Part shown: positions 25,743 through 40,166 of the stretch, piece after piece
Numbering within the stretch: position 1 is the first letter of the stretch
How the letters are laid out: every line of letters starts with the position of its first letter
Source of the DNA: Octopus bimaculoides
Taxonomy: Eukaryota
NCBI RefSeq assembly: GCF_001194135.2
Contig: NC_068989.1
Span: forward strand, 62,230,948-62,284,619
DNA: 53,672 nucleotides
Reading direction: 5' to 3'
The notes under the pieces: model-generated
Database searches by the model: none
Seen by the model: only the letters and a program-made list of their open reading frames with translations
What the model was told of the DNA's origin: nothing
Position numbers and translations under genes: made by a program

Positions 25743-28700
25743 TGCATACATATTTATAAGCAATACAATTGTTGCGAATGAATTTATACCTGATGTTCAA
25801 TGGGCTACAGATTTTAAGTGAAAATTTAAATTGTAAACATTACGTTTGCATCGTTCCAATTTTAAAGCAATCAGCTTGATTGATGTGACAACTTTGTATT
25901 TATATACTCTATGAACAATAAAATCAGTTATGTCATCTCGGTACCAGTACAAAACAATTTAATGCAGTCCAAACTTCATTGTATAAGGCTATTTTGACGT
26001 TTCTTCGCTTATCTTTTTGATATATGACAACGAAAATAAGGAATATTTTAAAATACTTTCTTTTTTTCTATAGAGGAACGTCTGTGAATATATTACACGT
26101 CGATAACGTTTTTAGTCTTTGATAATTCATAATATTTTAACAAGTATTTTGATTTATGACGTCCAAAAGATATCAATTATGAGTATTTGTTCAAGATAAA
26201 GTATTTATAAAACTTTTTTTTTTCATAACCGTTATACTTCTGCTTTGAAAAATCATTATAAGTTTCTACATGCTTTGTGTATTCCCATTTTATTGTCTTT
26301 TCATAATTTTATATAATTAGATATTTGGTTTTATGATTCTATATAACTTTATAGTTATTTATGTTATTTTCTACATACGTTACTTCATACTCGATAAAGA
26401 AGTAGTGTAAGATTTTTATAAAATTTTAAGAAAAATAGTAGCTGAACGCATTCTTTATCAAATCTCATTTCAATTACCCCAACATAATCTCTTTACAGTG
26501 ATTCGTCAGCTGTAATTATATTTCTACCACAGGGAATCACTTTTGTGTGGCCAACGTTATGTAAGATAATACATTTTGTGTGTGTTGAGAATTGAATGCA
26601 AAATGCTGTTTTAGGCTTTTCAATTACAGTATACTAACTATATCTCTTTCGTAATTTTATAGACAGCACAATTTTTGTTATTTAGTTTCAAACACTTAAT
26701 GTTTTTAAATAAATCGACAACAATATATATATATCTATTTTCATCGATGCATCACTCTTACACAACATCTGTTTCCAATGTTAAATTACAGTAAAATTCA
26801 TAAATATTTAACTCTAAAATATTTAATTGATTTCATATTTGCACTCAGCTTTGGAAATGAGAAATCATTTCACTTCTTTGACGATTTAATGGTTACATTT
26901 ATTAAATTGTTTCTCTCGGAGGTAGTTGTAGTTTATAAGTGAGTGACTCTACTTTAACTTCATCACAATCAAAAATATATTATACACGTGATTACTCCTT
27001 ACCAAAACTTGACATTTCCCGGTGAATAACATTTCCATATCGAAGCATACTACAATCCTGTTTTTCTACTGATGAGTACTTAGAATTGATAACTGATTAT
27101 AAACGAGAAAGAAATATAAGGTGCATTCCATATAATTATACATTCAGCTATACGCACACACACACACACACAAGTTCACACACACACAGTTACATTCCCA
27201 CATGCCTACTTATATACAAATAGATATATACAAATGGATAGAGAGATTTTATACATATTAATGCACACAAAAACATAACAACTTTTGGGTATTTAACAAA
27301 GCAATTAGACAAAGACTTAAGAAAGTGTTGTTTTTTGGTTTTTGGTTCATAAAAGTAATTATGAAATAAGTGATGTTGAACGTTGTATCTAGGAAGTTAT
27401 ATTATCGAGTAAAATAAGTGTAGTATTAGCTATCATTCAGAACAAAACATGCATGCCTACTGAAAATACGAATTATCATGACTTGAAAAACTGCGCTTAA
27501 CCCATGAAATAGAATGTGAAAGAAATAGAACGTTAAAAAAATATTTCAACACAATGAAATACTGCAGAAATAGAATAATTATTTCATAATTATAACCCGG
27601 ATATAAAATGTGTGTCGCGTTTGTTGTATTTCTTCCACCAGGATTATTTAGTTTTGTTTATTTTGTAGTATGAATCAATTTTCAATTAGATAATATAGGT
27701 CTAATTTCCAAAATTCATTCATATTCATTTGAAGTTATGCAGGGATTTTAGGCAACCATAGAAACACTAACAACATGGTGTTTTCCAAATGTTGTAACAA
27801 CATAAACAGGCTAATTTCGTTACATTCGCATTAAACTTATACATCATACATAATGCGATTCTGGATTTATATTCTCAAGAATTTAGTTTGAAAACATTTT
27901 TATAGTCGAAGAACTACGTGTTTTGTTAATTCAAAACTTTAACCCATTCCCATTCAAGTAATGAAGCAAGTAGCTTTCGGAACGATGAAATCTCTTTCAC
28001 TTGAACTCGTGGTATTTCAAGCGTTTCACTATAAAATTACCATAAACTAATTAAACAATTAATTACACTCTAATCTCAAATTAAAATTTCATTGAAATTT
28101 CCATTAATATTTTGCCTCGTTTAAGCTTAGTTATTGATCGATTGTAAAGTGAACATGTTACACGTTTTACAATGAAATTAACTCAGTATCTTCACTAAAG
28201 AGATAACCGTGATTACTTTCATTTAGGTCTTGTAATGCCCCAAGGTACTGAGAAGATAAACATTATTTAATAGTTTATCATTTCTAGTTACACACATGAA
28301 TAGTGTTCATAAATCACACGTGGTGTAGAACGAGCAACATGTACCAGAGTAGAACAAGTAGATTAATAATGTAACTGTCAAAACTCTACGTTTCTGAGTT
28401 CAATTTGAGATCACTGTATTCTTTAGATTTCTCTGTGACTGATACATATGGGTCAAAGGCTATATTACAAGATATTGCTTTCTCTACCGATAGCTGTAAA
28501 TAATTATTGAAAGTTTTCTGGCAACATGCCGCTATCCGGATTAGCCAAATTCAAGTGACAATTAATTAATTTATATAAGAACATTTACCAATGATACACA
28601 CAACAATTCATTAATCCCTGTTTCTTGAAGTCTTCTCTTGTATATATGCGCAGAAGCTCATAAATATATGCATACACGCACGCACGCACGCACACACACA

Positions 28701-28760
28701 TATGTATGTATATATACATACACATATATATGTGCGTCTGTGTCAGTATGTATATGTATA

Positions 28761-28796
<36 letters not shown>

Positions 28797-29934
28797 TGTG
28801 TGTGTAAAGATATGTATGTGTGTGTGTGTATGTATGTATGTGTGTATTCACGATAACGTATACTTCAAGTATATGTAATTATTATGTTTCAGAAAATGTA
28901 ATAATGTTGAAGATAAATCTATTATTCTTGATGTTGTTCATGTTTAGTCTTTACTCACCCTCAATACGTCCTTATGTAAACAAATCGCTGCCCTTGTTTA
29001 AACTTTGTTTTCCTTGAACGTGTACACCTATCGTGTACTGCTTTAAAGATAATCATCCTTCGTTTTCCACTCCTCTTTACGATCTTCGAACAAATTTATT
29101 GATTTTCAGTACACTTTCTTCGATTGAGAGCCCGCAGGTAAAAAGGAAAATTCAACTATGCTGAATGAATGAAATAATATTAAATCATATCCAAATTTTA
29201 TGGGTGACCTGACGCGTATAGACGATATTTTCTGGCACAAGCACATCAACCACATTGACAAACGTAGTCAACAAAAATGGCATTGTTACTGCGAAAAATA
29301 AGAGCAAAATTTCCGTGAAATAACAGCCATATGCTACTCTTAGTTACATGCCATATTCGACAATAATATTAGGTTATATTGGGTTTAATCTTAGGAACAA
29401 TATCTGGATGAAAGCATTGGGTGATCACGACTGGAATGATGGTGGTTATAGTTTCATTCGTTAATACTCAAGTGCTATGTAAGCCAGATTTTATACCGAC
29501 ATGTCTCTATGAAAAGAAGGATATGTTAGATAAAGTGTTCTATATACAGCCAAAACGACAGGTTAGTCATAGCATGAATGTGTTTCAGCGTAAATCTATT
29601 CGGTCAGAGTTGACGTGTGGCTGTATAAAAATAACAAAGAAAAATTCTCCTGCACTCTTCCATAATCTGAATGGAGTTTTTGTTGTTTGCTAATTATATG
29701 AATGACAAACAATACTTTATGACGTCATATCACACAGAAAATCATGACAGAGAAGTAATAGTTCGTGACATAAAGTGACGATAGTATGGAGAAGGAAACT
29801 ATATCGTACATGGCTCTTGTCATGAGTCGATTGCAGAATGCAGAAATCATAAACACGCAAATACTGCGCATGAGTAACACAGACGTTTGTATACATAACA
29901 TATAAACATATGCATGCAAATAACACGCACTCGT

Positions 29935-29935
<1 letters not shown>

Positions 29936-29991
<56 letters not shown>

Positions 29992-30003
29992 CATATATAT
30001 ATA
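29936..30003. repeat. (TATC)n microsatellite. Other tri/tetranucleotide tracts: (ACT)n 39451-39512, (GGAT)n ~39640-39727, (CAT)n 40952-40986, (GATA)n/(CATA)n ~51687-51792
   Basis: Read directly. Confidence 0.95.
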
Positions 30004-31259
30004 NNNNNNNNNNNNNNNNNNNNNNNNNNNNNNNNNNNNNNNNNNNNNNNNNNNNNNNNNNNNNNNNNNNNNNNNNNNNNNNNNNNNNNNNNNNNNNNNN
30101 NNNNNNNNNNNNNNNNNNNNNNNNNNNNNNNNNNNNNNNNNNNNNNNNNNNNNNNNNNNNNNNNNNNNNNNNNNNNNNNNNNNNNNNNNNNNNNNNNNNN
30201 NNNNNNNNNNNNNNNNNNNNNNNNNNNNNNNNNNNNNNNNNNNNNNNNNNNNNNNNNNNNNNNNNNNNNNNNNNNNNNNNNNNNNNNNNNNNNNNNNNNN
30301 NNNNNNNNNNNNNNNNNNNNNNNNNNNNNNNNNNNNNNNNNNNNNNNNNNNNNNNNNNNNNNNNNNNNNNNNNNNNNNNNNNNNNNNNNNNNNNNNNNNN
30401 NNNNNNNNNNNNNNNNNNNNNNNNNNNNNNNNNNNNNNNNNNNNNNNNNNNNNNNNNNNNNNNNNNNNNNNNNNNNNNNNNNNNNNNNNNNNNNNNNNNN
30501 NNNNNNNNNNNNNNNNNNNNNNNNNNNNNNNNNNNNNNNNNNNNNNNNNNNNNNNNNNNNNNNNNNNNNNNNNNNNNNNNNNNNNNNNNNNNNNNNNNNN
30601 NNNNNNNNNNNNNNNNNNNNNNNNNNNNNNNNNNNNNNNNNNNNNNNNNNNNNNNNNNNNNNNNNNNNNNNNNNNNNNNNNNNNNNNNNNNNNNNNNNNN
30701 NNNNNNNNNNNNNNNNNNNNNNNNNNNNNNNNNNNNNNNNNNNNNNNNNNNNNNNNNNNNNNNNNNNNNNNNNNTATATATATATCCATAGTAAGTTGTA
30801 TATAAATTTAATGTATAGGTAGGAGATTTTAGGGTGTAGTATCAAAATCTTGCAATGTCGTAAGTCCACAAATTTGAACCCTTTTAATTCAGAAACCATT
30901 CTGAGCATTCCTAAATATACACCACTAACCTTTCCTCATTATTCTATTGATGAACCACTAACACGCATAAGACACCAAAGTCATCGGGCCACACATATGG
31001 GCGAAATTTACATCTTATAACACTGAAACTTTATGTGGTCTGAGGAAGTTTAATCACCAATAATGGGTACATTTCATTCCATTACGTCGTTTTCCACCCG
31101 CAAGTGAGCAGTGTAGAAGTAAGTAGAAACGATCGTTGTCCTAATTAAAGCTTCCAGTACATTTTTGTCTTCCGTATTAATCATTTAGACTATATATATT
31201 CATAGATACACCACTTATAAATTGATAGACAGACAGATTGATAGATGGATAGATAGATA

Positions 31260-31310
<51 letters not shown>

Positions 31311-32328
31311 ATAGGCGCTGTTTTATGTATGTGCTAACGTGTTTTCAATGAACTTTTATCTTCCAGTAGGAATTTGCATTATTTGGTTGTTTTGTGACAA
31401 ATATTTGGCTCTTAACATGAATTAATATTTATACGCAGGAGATCTCACAAAAGATGCTTAAGTTTTTGTATATATTTCGTATTTATTTATTCAATCTGAC
31501 ACCTAAACGTAATGATAACACTGATGACAACCTTGACATGTAATATCTATCCATATCAGTTGAGTAAGTACGTGAAAATTAATCCTGATAATATAATGTA
31601 TATAAATAATCACAGGTGTTGCTGCGTGATCTCGCCCACTCCAATTCATTGACAAGAGAAAAGTTGTGTTGATAGAGAAGATTTTAAAAATTTATTAATG
31701 TCTTTTTCAATTCGTTTTTTTTTTAAAAATCATAATTCACGTTTACATTAAGTTTAATGATCCGTTATACGTGAAGATATATGCATGGCGAATTATAAAT
31801 ATTTAAAGAATAATAAAATAAAATACGGCAGGTTCCTTTGCTAATAATAATTATCTAAGGAATTCAAAATACAATTTAAATCAACATATTGGCCCCAGTG
31901 ATATTTTGCATTTCACTTTCTTAAAGAAATTTCTCTGGGAATGTCAAAACTTCTTCTCTTTCTATCAAAATTGAATCGCTTTATTGGTAAGCAGACAAAT
32001 AATATAGTAAAATTGGAATCCCTACTATCAGTTACTTTGATCAGAGTCGGACCAGTCAGAATTACGACAACATTTTATTGATCCTGGAGAATAAGACCAA
32101 TACAGTGACATATAGGACAAGTAGAAATTAAAAGAAAATGATGCTGTGTGATTTGTATATGGGGAGTCTCTACAACGTATGATAAATCACAGTACTAGCG
32201 CTAAATGAATGAAACGGCAACAACGGTGATAACTAAATTTGAAGTTGGTAATAGCGATCCTATTAATTGTAAATGGCAATGCTCAAAGAAGATCAACAAC
32301 TTTCCCATGCTATTAGATATCTAAAAGT

Positions 32329-32683
32329 GGAGGTGCAATGGTCCAGTGGTTAGGGCAGCGGACTCGCGATCATAGGATCGCGGATTCCCAAACCGGGCGT
32401 TGTGAGTGTTTATTGAGCGAAAACACATAAAATTCCACGAGGCTCCGGCATAAGATGGTGGCGATCCCTGCTGTACTCTTTTATCACAACTTTCTCTCAC
32501 TCTTACTTCCTGTTTCTGTTGTGCCTGTAATTCAAAAGGTCAGCCTTGTCACACTGTGTCACGCTGAATATCCCCGAGAACTACGTTAAGGGTACACGTT
32601 AATTTCACGACCAGGCTGTTCCGTTGATCGGATTAACTGGAACCCTCGACGTCGTAAGCGACGGAGTGCCAACAGAACAGAAC
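32329..32683 (+). mobile_element. Near full-length tRNA-derived SINE (family B) with target-site duplication
   Basis: Pol III A box TGGTCCAGTGG at 32339, eroded B box (GGATTCCC), GC-rich body and (AACAG)n tail. Flanked by ATATCTAAAAGT (32317-32328) and ATATCTAAAGGT (32686-32697), a 12-bp TSD with 1 mismatch. Confidence 0.9.
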
Positions 32684-34898
32684 ACATATCTAAAGGTTAT
32701 ACATCGACTACATTTTCAAATATCACTAGACATTGACATTATGTCTTTCAAATTTATACGATATATTAGCTGTACAACTAGATAGGTTACTCTTCCGTTT
32801 AGTGGCCTCCGAAGATCATCATCCTCAGTTCTGCGTTCACTTTATATGTTTAGACACCAGCCGCTCTATCTGCAGCATTAATGCTGAGATTATGGCGACT
32901 CTGAAGTATATCTTCGAAGATTTTCCCACCGACACGTAGAGAAGTATGACTTTTTCTATTATATAGAGAGCAAATATACGAGAAACAATGATATAATTTC
33001 TTCTCTATGTGGTTTTCAACTAGGAACTTGAAATTCTGTAGCATAATGCAAAGATTTATCCCCTAGTAATCGGTTGTGATTAAGTGTACTATTGCATTTG
33101 TATTATATAATGCATGGGCTGCAAACAAACAGAACTGTAAAACGTACGTAGGGAACAAATGATAACAACGTGTTTATCATAACTTTCAAATTTTTACGCA
33201 TTTTCTAGAATAGTTTGCCCCATTATTCAAACTTTAATATACATGCTTTTTTAAACCGTTTATTTGTATATCATTATAGGACATACAATGTCTTATATAT
33301 GCCATAACTAGTACGTTCTCTTTTGCTTCTTTCACTAATATTCTTGACAGTTTCAAATTATCTATCTTTCTAATATGTTTTCTATGCACTTATCCTCATT
33401 TGATTTACCATGACACTTTTTAGCCATTATATTTCCTCGGATAATCAAACGGTGTATATATCTAAGCATTTCGATATTTTCAATTTTCAGTACGCCAATC
33501 GATTATTTTTCTGTATTTCGCTTTATTTATATTCAAAGATATGTTACTCCCTGAAGTAGTTTACATATATTAACGTGTGTGCTTTCACTGACAATATATT
33601 CCATTCTAATGCGATAGTTTCAATTGTCGTGACAATAATTCATCTGTATTCTTTAAGAGTCCATTAATTTGTTGAACTTGATACACTTATCCCAAATTAA
33701 GTTATGCTTCTTCATGTAAATGAGTTATAAAACATATCCCATAAGCAAAATTATTGCTATTATTCTATAATTCAGCATACCTTCCACACTCCATTCACCT
33801 TAGTATTTTTAAAAAAACAACTTATTTCGCATTATAAAACTTCCACTGGTATGTTACTCGTCTCAAGATGTCAAATATTCTAATATATCAGACACCTATT
33901 CTACTTCATTCCAACATAATTGTCGTCAGGCATGAAAGTATTTTATACATTCTTATGCAAGTGTATGTATCAGTGTTCATATGTATGTGTGGATGTATAT
34001 GAATGCAAAGAAGTAACAAGCACAGATCCCGATGAACTAAACTATATTATTATTTTCAAAATGAAGGACTATATATGGCGCATATTGAAACTCTATCAAT
34101 ACTTTCAGAACTAACAAACGTTGTTGTAATGAGTATACAAACTATAAATTATACAATACAATAATAATCATAAATTTGGTTATTAAATGTATTTAGTAAG
34201 TCAATTGAAACTATTTTTTATTATCATATATATACACACAAATATATATATATACCAATACACACACACACACATATATACACACATATATACACACACA
34301 CACACNNNNNNNNNNNNNNNNNNNNNNNNNNNNNNNNNNNNNNNNNNNNNNNNNNNNNNNNNNNNNNNNNNNNNNNNNNNNNNNNNNNNNNNNNNNNNNN
34401 NNNNNNNNNNNNNNNNNNNNNNNNNNNNNNNNNNNNNNNNNNNNNNNNNNNNNNNNNNNNNNNNNNNNNNNNNNNNNNNNNNNNNNNNNNNNNNNNNNNN
34501 NNNNNNNNNNNNNNNNNNNNNNNNNNNNNNNNNNNNNNNNNNNNNNNNNNNNNNNNNNNNNNNNNNNNNNNNNNNNNNNNNNNNNNNNNNNNNNNNNNNN
34601 NNNNNNNNNNNNNNNNNNNNNNNNNNNNNNNNNNNNNNNNNNNNNNNNNNNNNNNNNNNNNNNNNNNNNNNNNNNNNNNNNNNNNNNNNNNNNNNNNNNN
34701 NNNNNNNNNNNNNNNNNNNNNNNNNNNNNNNNNNNNNNNNNNNNNNNNNNNNNNNNNNNNNNNNNNNNNNNNNNNNNNNNNNNNNNNNNNNNNNNNNNNN
34801 NNNNNNNNNNNNNNNNNNNNNNNNNNNNNNNNNNNNNNNNNNNNNNNNNNNNNNNNNNNNNNNNNNNNNNNNNNNNNNNNNNNNNNNNNNNNNNNNNN

Positions 34899-34932
<34 letters not shown>

Positions 34933-35606
34933 ATGTATATATTCAGTAATATATTCACACATACACATATACGAACATATATATGTATACACACACGTGT
35001 GCTTATATATGTATATATATATATATATATTTAACCATGCCATACATATTTATGCATGCTGTGATTATGAGTATATATTGGTGTAGCGTAAAATTTAGCA
35101 CATTCCCATAATCATGAACAACATATACACCAGATACATACACAGAGAATCAGTGAGAGAGATGAGACACGGGAGTTGAGGAATGAGAAAGTCATAGTAA
35201 TTGCTCTGTCGCCTGAAGTATTGCATCTAGTGAGAAGATTTGAATAAGAAACTTTGTGTGTAAATATATATTCTCATGTGTGCGTGTTTTGTTGTCACTG
35301 ACTATGTGCATATTTGGCATAACAAATATCTATAGTTGCTTTGTCACAGTTTATATTCAACTGAAAATCTATGTCATTCCCAGTCGCATTCTAATATGAA
35401 TCCCAAGATAACAACCTTTCTGACAATATATAAAACACACATCCATGTGTGTGCACTCACGCGCGCGCGTGTGATTATAACACAAAGTGAAAGTTGAAAG
35501 TTGAAAATGTATTGATAAATATACAGCAAAGTATATGTGGAAATTGTTGTACGGAAAAACCTATTTTCTGGAATACGGAACTAAGACAGGTATGAATTAC
35601 CTTGCC

Positions 35607-35724
35607 TGGATACTCACATGTGTGAGTATCCATTTCTTCTAACTTTTCTATTATATTCATATCTAATTAGGATTAGATATGAATATAATAGAAAAGTTAG
35701 AGGAAATGGATACTCACACATGTG
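35607..35724. repeat. Near-perfect hairpin (53-bp arms, 4-nt loop) with a nested short palindrome
   Basis: Arms 35615-35667 and 35672-35724 are reverse complements with one mismatch; the loop is TAGG. TGGATACTCAC (35607-35617) also pairs with GTGAGTATCCA (35622-35632). Confidence 0.97.
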
Positions 35725-36589
35725 CCAACTACATTCTTGAAACATGTAAGGAAGTACATGTATGTGGAGGCTATAAATTATAAACTTGCATTGCTTCTTT
35801 CTTTCTTTGCTAGTTTATTACCCTAGCAATTAAACTCCAGAGAAACTCTAATAGAGATGAGCCACGATCAAATTGACACATGCTGTTATTTCTTTCTTTA
35901 TTCATATAAGACTACTTTATATGATATGTTGCTGACGTTTTTAAACAGAAATTCATTTATAATTTGTGAAATATTCCAATCATAATTTTGCAAGAGGTTT
36001 CTTTGTTGTATTACTGAATTCGCTGTTGGAGTACCATAATTTACTGAATTTTGTATTTCCGAAAAGCGATAGATTAATAGAAACAAGTAAAGTACATTAG
36101 AAAAACTGTATAGCTGTTTCTTTATGTATATTTAATGTCTATCTAAATTATAAAAATGATAGATTTATATTTCACCACGTTGTGATCGTTTAACAGAATA
36201 GCAGTCACAATGAAGACGTAAAATACGTAAACGTTGTCTTTCCACCAACTTGAGATATATAATCACATTTAATTTAATGTACCTTTCCAATAGCAGAAAC
36301 TTTGTTATTGTTGGCAGTTCTGATCCACTGTCAACGTTTGTCTCCAAGAAATCTGTATATTTGCTGCATTTATATATAATTCTAATCAGGTTACACATGT
36401 GTATTGTAATATTGAAGAGATATGGAACTAACTTTAGATTTTCATTATCATAATCATTACGAAGGTGGCAAGCTGGTAAAATTGTTTGCCCATCAGACAC
36501 AACAATTAGCATTAATATTTGTCCATTTTTACCATGTGCTCCTATTGCATCTAGGTTGGATTTGTCTTTCATCATATCGGAGTTGATTG

Positions 36590-36960
36590 AATAAAACGCT
36601 TGTCAAGCACTGGGGTTGATGTAATAATCTACCCCTCCCCCTCACAGTTTCAGGCTTTTAATAGGAAAAAATTATTATAATTATTACGATTCCACTGATG
36701 CCGGCTTCGACTTGCATACTTCGAAGTCGATCAAATATACACCAGCCAAGTTTCGCGCTCATTTAATTGACTAGTTCCATCCCACTAATTTGAAGCATTT
36801 TACCTATGGTATAAACGATTATTATAATTATTGCGGACGGTGGATGGGCTCTAAACCTTGCTGTTTAGGTTATGAGGATTCGTGTTTCGAAGTTCAAATC
36901 TCGTTGTGATATTCTTTGAGGTGCCATCAAGTACTGGTAATAATTTTAACGATTACTCTT
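36590..36960 (+). mobile_element. Cluster of eroded SINE fragments (family A-like)
   Basis: 'gcactggggttgatgtaat...cccctccccc...tttcaggc' matches the 3' part of 20294-20515. Further weak matches ('gaagtcgatcaaat', 'gaagttcaaatc', 'caagtactggt') follow. Confidence 0.5.
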
Positions 36961-37985
36961 CTTACAGAAGCTTCTGACCTTGGGCACATATTAGAAAATA
37001 TTAGAATTATTCTCAATTCAATATTTAGTATTTCGTAACATATTGTGATGGTATTTCTTTTCTGGCCTTTCTACACTTCTGAAAATGACCGGAGACACAT
37101 TCTTCATGAACAACGATTGAGAAAAAATGGGGAAACAATGGGCTACAGCTTGTGCAGATGACAGAGAAACAATTTGAGTAATTAATTAGTTGATGTCCTG
37201 GTTATAAGTGAGAGGGTCCGTGGCGAGAGATGAATACCAATATTGCTAGAGATGTTAGTATCGATGCAGGACGAGGTATATAACGAAAAAATGTGCTGGG
37301 TAGAACATGTAAGAGTTTTTGCATCTTTGTATTATGATTTAGGAAGCATAGATTTTTAATGGGATTGACTAGACAACGCTTCACGGAGATTGATGTCAGG
37401 ACCTTTAAACCAAGAAAAGGGAGAGAGCACCGATGTGACGAACGAATCCGTACGCTTTCCTTCAGACTACTACTAGTAGTAGCTTCTTTTAGATTAAACA
37501 CTACTGAATTAAAAGAATATAAATATAAAGACGGTGATAGCTTCACTCAAATAATAGATGATGAGGTCGTCATGGTCAGAATGAGTGTCATACTTAAACT
37601 TGTGCAATCAGTGCTGAGCTGAGGTGAAGCAAAACAGAGAAAGTGTGAAAAACCTTCCCGATCAGGTGCAAATTTAGCCTGCCGACTTAATCATTAGTAT
37701 GGCGTGAATTGAAAGCTACCAAGTTGCAAGGAAGCACATTGTAAATAGCAGAGTATAGAGGCATCCGATATTCTGGTTCCTAAAGTAATGTACTGATATA
37801 TAAATGAATAATAATATATATATCAATGTAACCTCGTGGATATCGGTGGCAATTTTTTCTTCCTCCGTTTTTCCAATCTTTGGATTTTCCTTGTTTCCAA
37901 CGAAGAGCTCCACTCGAAATTTCGTATTCTCTTTCTTTCCTTTCCCGAGCGTCTAGTTACACAATCTGTATCACGTCCTCACACA

Positions 37986-38043
<58 letters not shown>

Positions 38044-38053
38044 NNNNNNNNNN

Positions 38054-38108
<55 letters not shown>

Positions 38109-39258
38109 TGTGTGCGTGTATTTCTGTATGCATATAGGTATATAAGTTCGTAGATATTTGGTAATGGTCAAAACTTAAAGGCACGGATGGGAACATTCGA
38201 AATCGCAGTTAGAAATTTGCAATATCCACACGCGTAAGCAGTTCTTTACATGTGCTATAAAGAAAGACATGACCTTGCTTTCTATACGCTCAAAGCAGAC
38301 GTGGTGTGAACTAACCAGAATATCTCAAAAATATTTCTAGAATCAACAGCATACTTCTACTCATTGAAGTTACTAATCACGATATTTTCGCATACAACTT
38401 AAAATAATTTCGAATTTCAGTTGTTGAGAGGTATTGAAAATATGACGTCAAAATATGAGAAATCCGTATACAAAGTCGAACAAATAAAAAGGACAAGTAT
38501 TTATATAATACCGTTAACCATCTCAAAGTAAATTATAAAAGTTTTTAGGTGTATTCTATACAAGCATTACAACTTAGAATTCTCTGCAAAATGTCATACG
38601 CAGGATTTATTTAGACTATGCTTCAAATTGCAAACAGTTCGACATGATATGGCCTCTTCAACATGCAAATCACATTTTCTCTTCGAGTAAATACACTCGT
38701 GATTTAGGAAATGTTAGTGAATCACAAACATATTAAGAGAACAAACTAAACTGAGAATCATTTTACATAAAAAAATTATAGTGACGATATTCGGAGTTCC
38801 GAGTAAGGTTTCAAGGCAAGTGGAAGTACTTCAAGATAGCATTTAAACTTCTCCATCAATCAAGAAAGATGAGGAAGAACCTAAAATATAACCTTAAAAA
38901 TACGAATACATAAATCAGTATATATACACACACAAACACATATATGGATATATATATATATATATATATATGAGTGTGNNNNNNNNNNTGCGTGCGTGTG
39001 TGTGTGTTTATGTGTGTGTATGTATATATACGTATGTATTTGCGTAGGTGTGTGCATGTGTGTAAGTGTAAATGAATATATGAGTGTCTATGCAGCAAGA
39101 AACGTATTTTAAGATAAATATAGCCTGATGAATTAACTTGCACGCACATTCAGATGCATATGCATCCATGAATAATTACAAATGCTCAGATACCCATAAA
39201 CGTACATACATGCAATCACACACACAAACATACATATGTCTATGTACGAATAAATCTT

Positions 39259-39309
<51 letters not shown>

Positions 39310-39450
39310 TCATAGATGTTCTTTGCATCTTTAAATTCTGTAATACCTTCCAGTTATAATGAGTCTTCATGTCAGTATAATATACATGTTACCATGTTCT
39401 GTTAAAAGATTTAGTTCCACAGATGTGTACGTGGTTGTCAATGATGCACT

Positions 39451-39512
<62 letters not shown>

Positions 39513-40166
39513 TATTGTGTAAATGATATGATGTGTGTATAAATGCACACGTTTATAATTGAAGTGGAAATCGCACATTCACAGACAGATATATACAGAG
39601 AGAGAGAGGTGGGAGAAAGAGAGTGCGAGGGAGGAGTGGATGAATGGATGGATTGATGAATGGATGAATAGGTGGATGGGTGGATGGACAGATGGACGTA
39701 TGTATGTATGGATGGATGGATGGATACATGGAAGTTGGAAAATCGATGGATAGTGCATAACCAATTTTTTAATCCAGAGCCAGTATGTTTTTCTATGCAA
39801 TTATATGTTAAATATATTTCAATATATTTCAATACCATAAAGCAATTGAATTACGAATGACAAATTTGCAAGTGAAAATATTATGCCATAAAAAGAAACA
39901 GTTGAATATAAAACGGTTCAGACATTTGCCATTCACCAAAAAACAACTTGGAGAAATGAGAAACCAAAATATTTCGAAGTGAAGGAAAAACGTCGAAAGA
40001 CTTACGAGGGATGCATCGTGCTAAATAGCGTTGCTTGGTTGCAAAAGAAGAAGAAGCGATGTAAAATTATCAATTTTTGTTATTCACGTGAATATTAATT
40101 CTCTTGTACCTGCGTGTATATCTCTGCTGTGGGTTTGTTTGTGATCTTATATAGCAACCTTATATA

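Noticed and set aside
27068-27110. CTGATGAG core match (also at ~49249)
   Set aside because: No paired stem II followed by GAAA; the expected chance heptamer.
32329-32410. tRNA gene
   Set aside because: It is a SINE head: the B box is eroded, no complete cloverleaf forms, and it continues into a SINE body and tail with a TSD.
32790-32930. Hammerhead-like CTGAGGA on the minus strand and CTGAAG...CGAAG on the plus strand
   Set aside because: No stem II closing onto GAAA and no stem I/III.
36165-36575. 136-aa minus-strand ORF
   Set aside because: AT-rich, no recognisable domain, weak splice signals; consistent with a chance ORF.
40004-40015. TACGAGGG mariner-TIR-like start (also at ~7664)
   Set aside because: An 8-bp match only, with no adjacent transposase or partner TIR.
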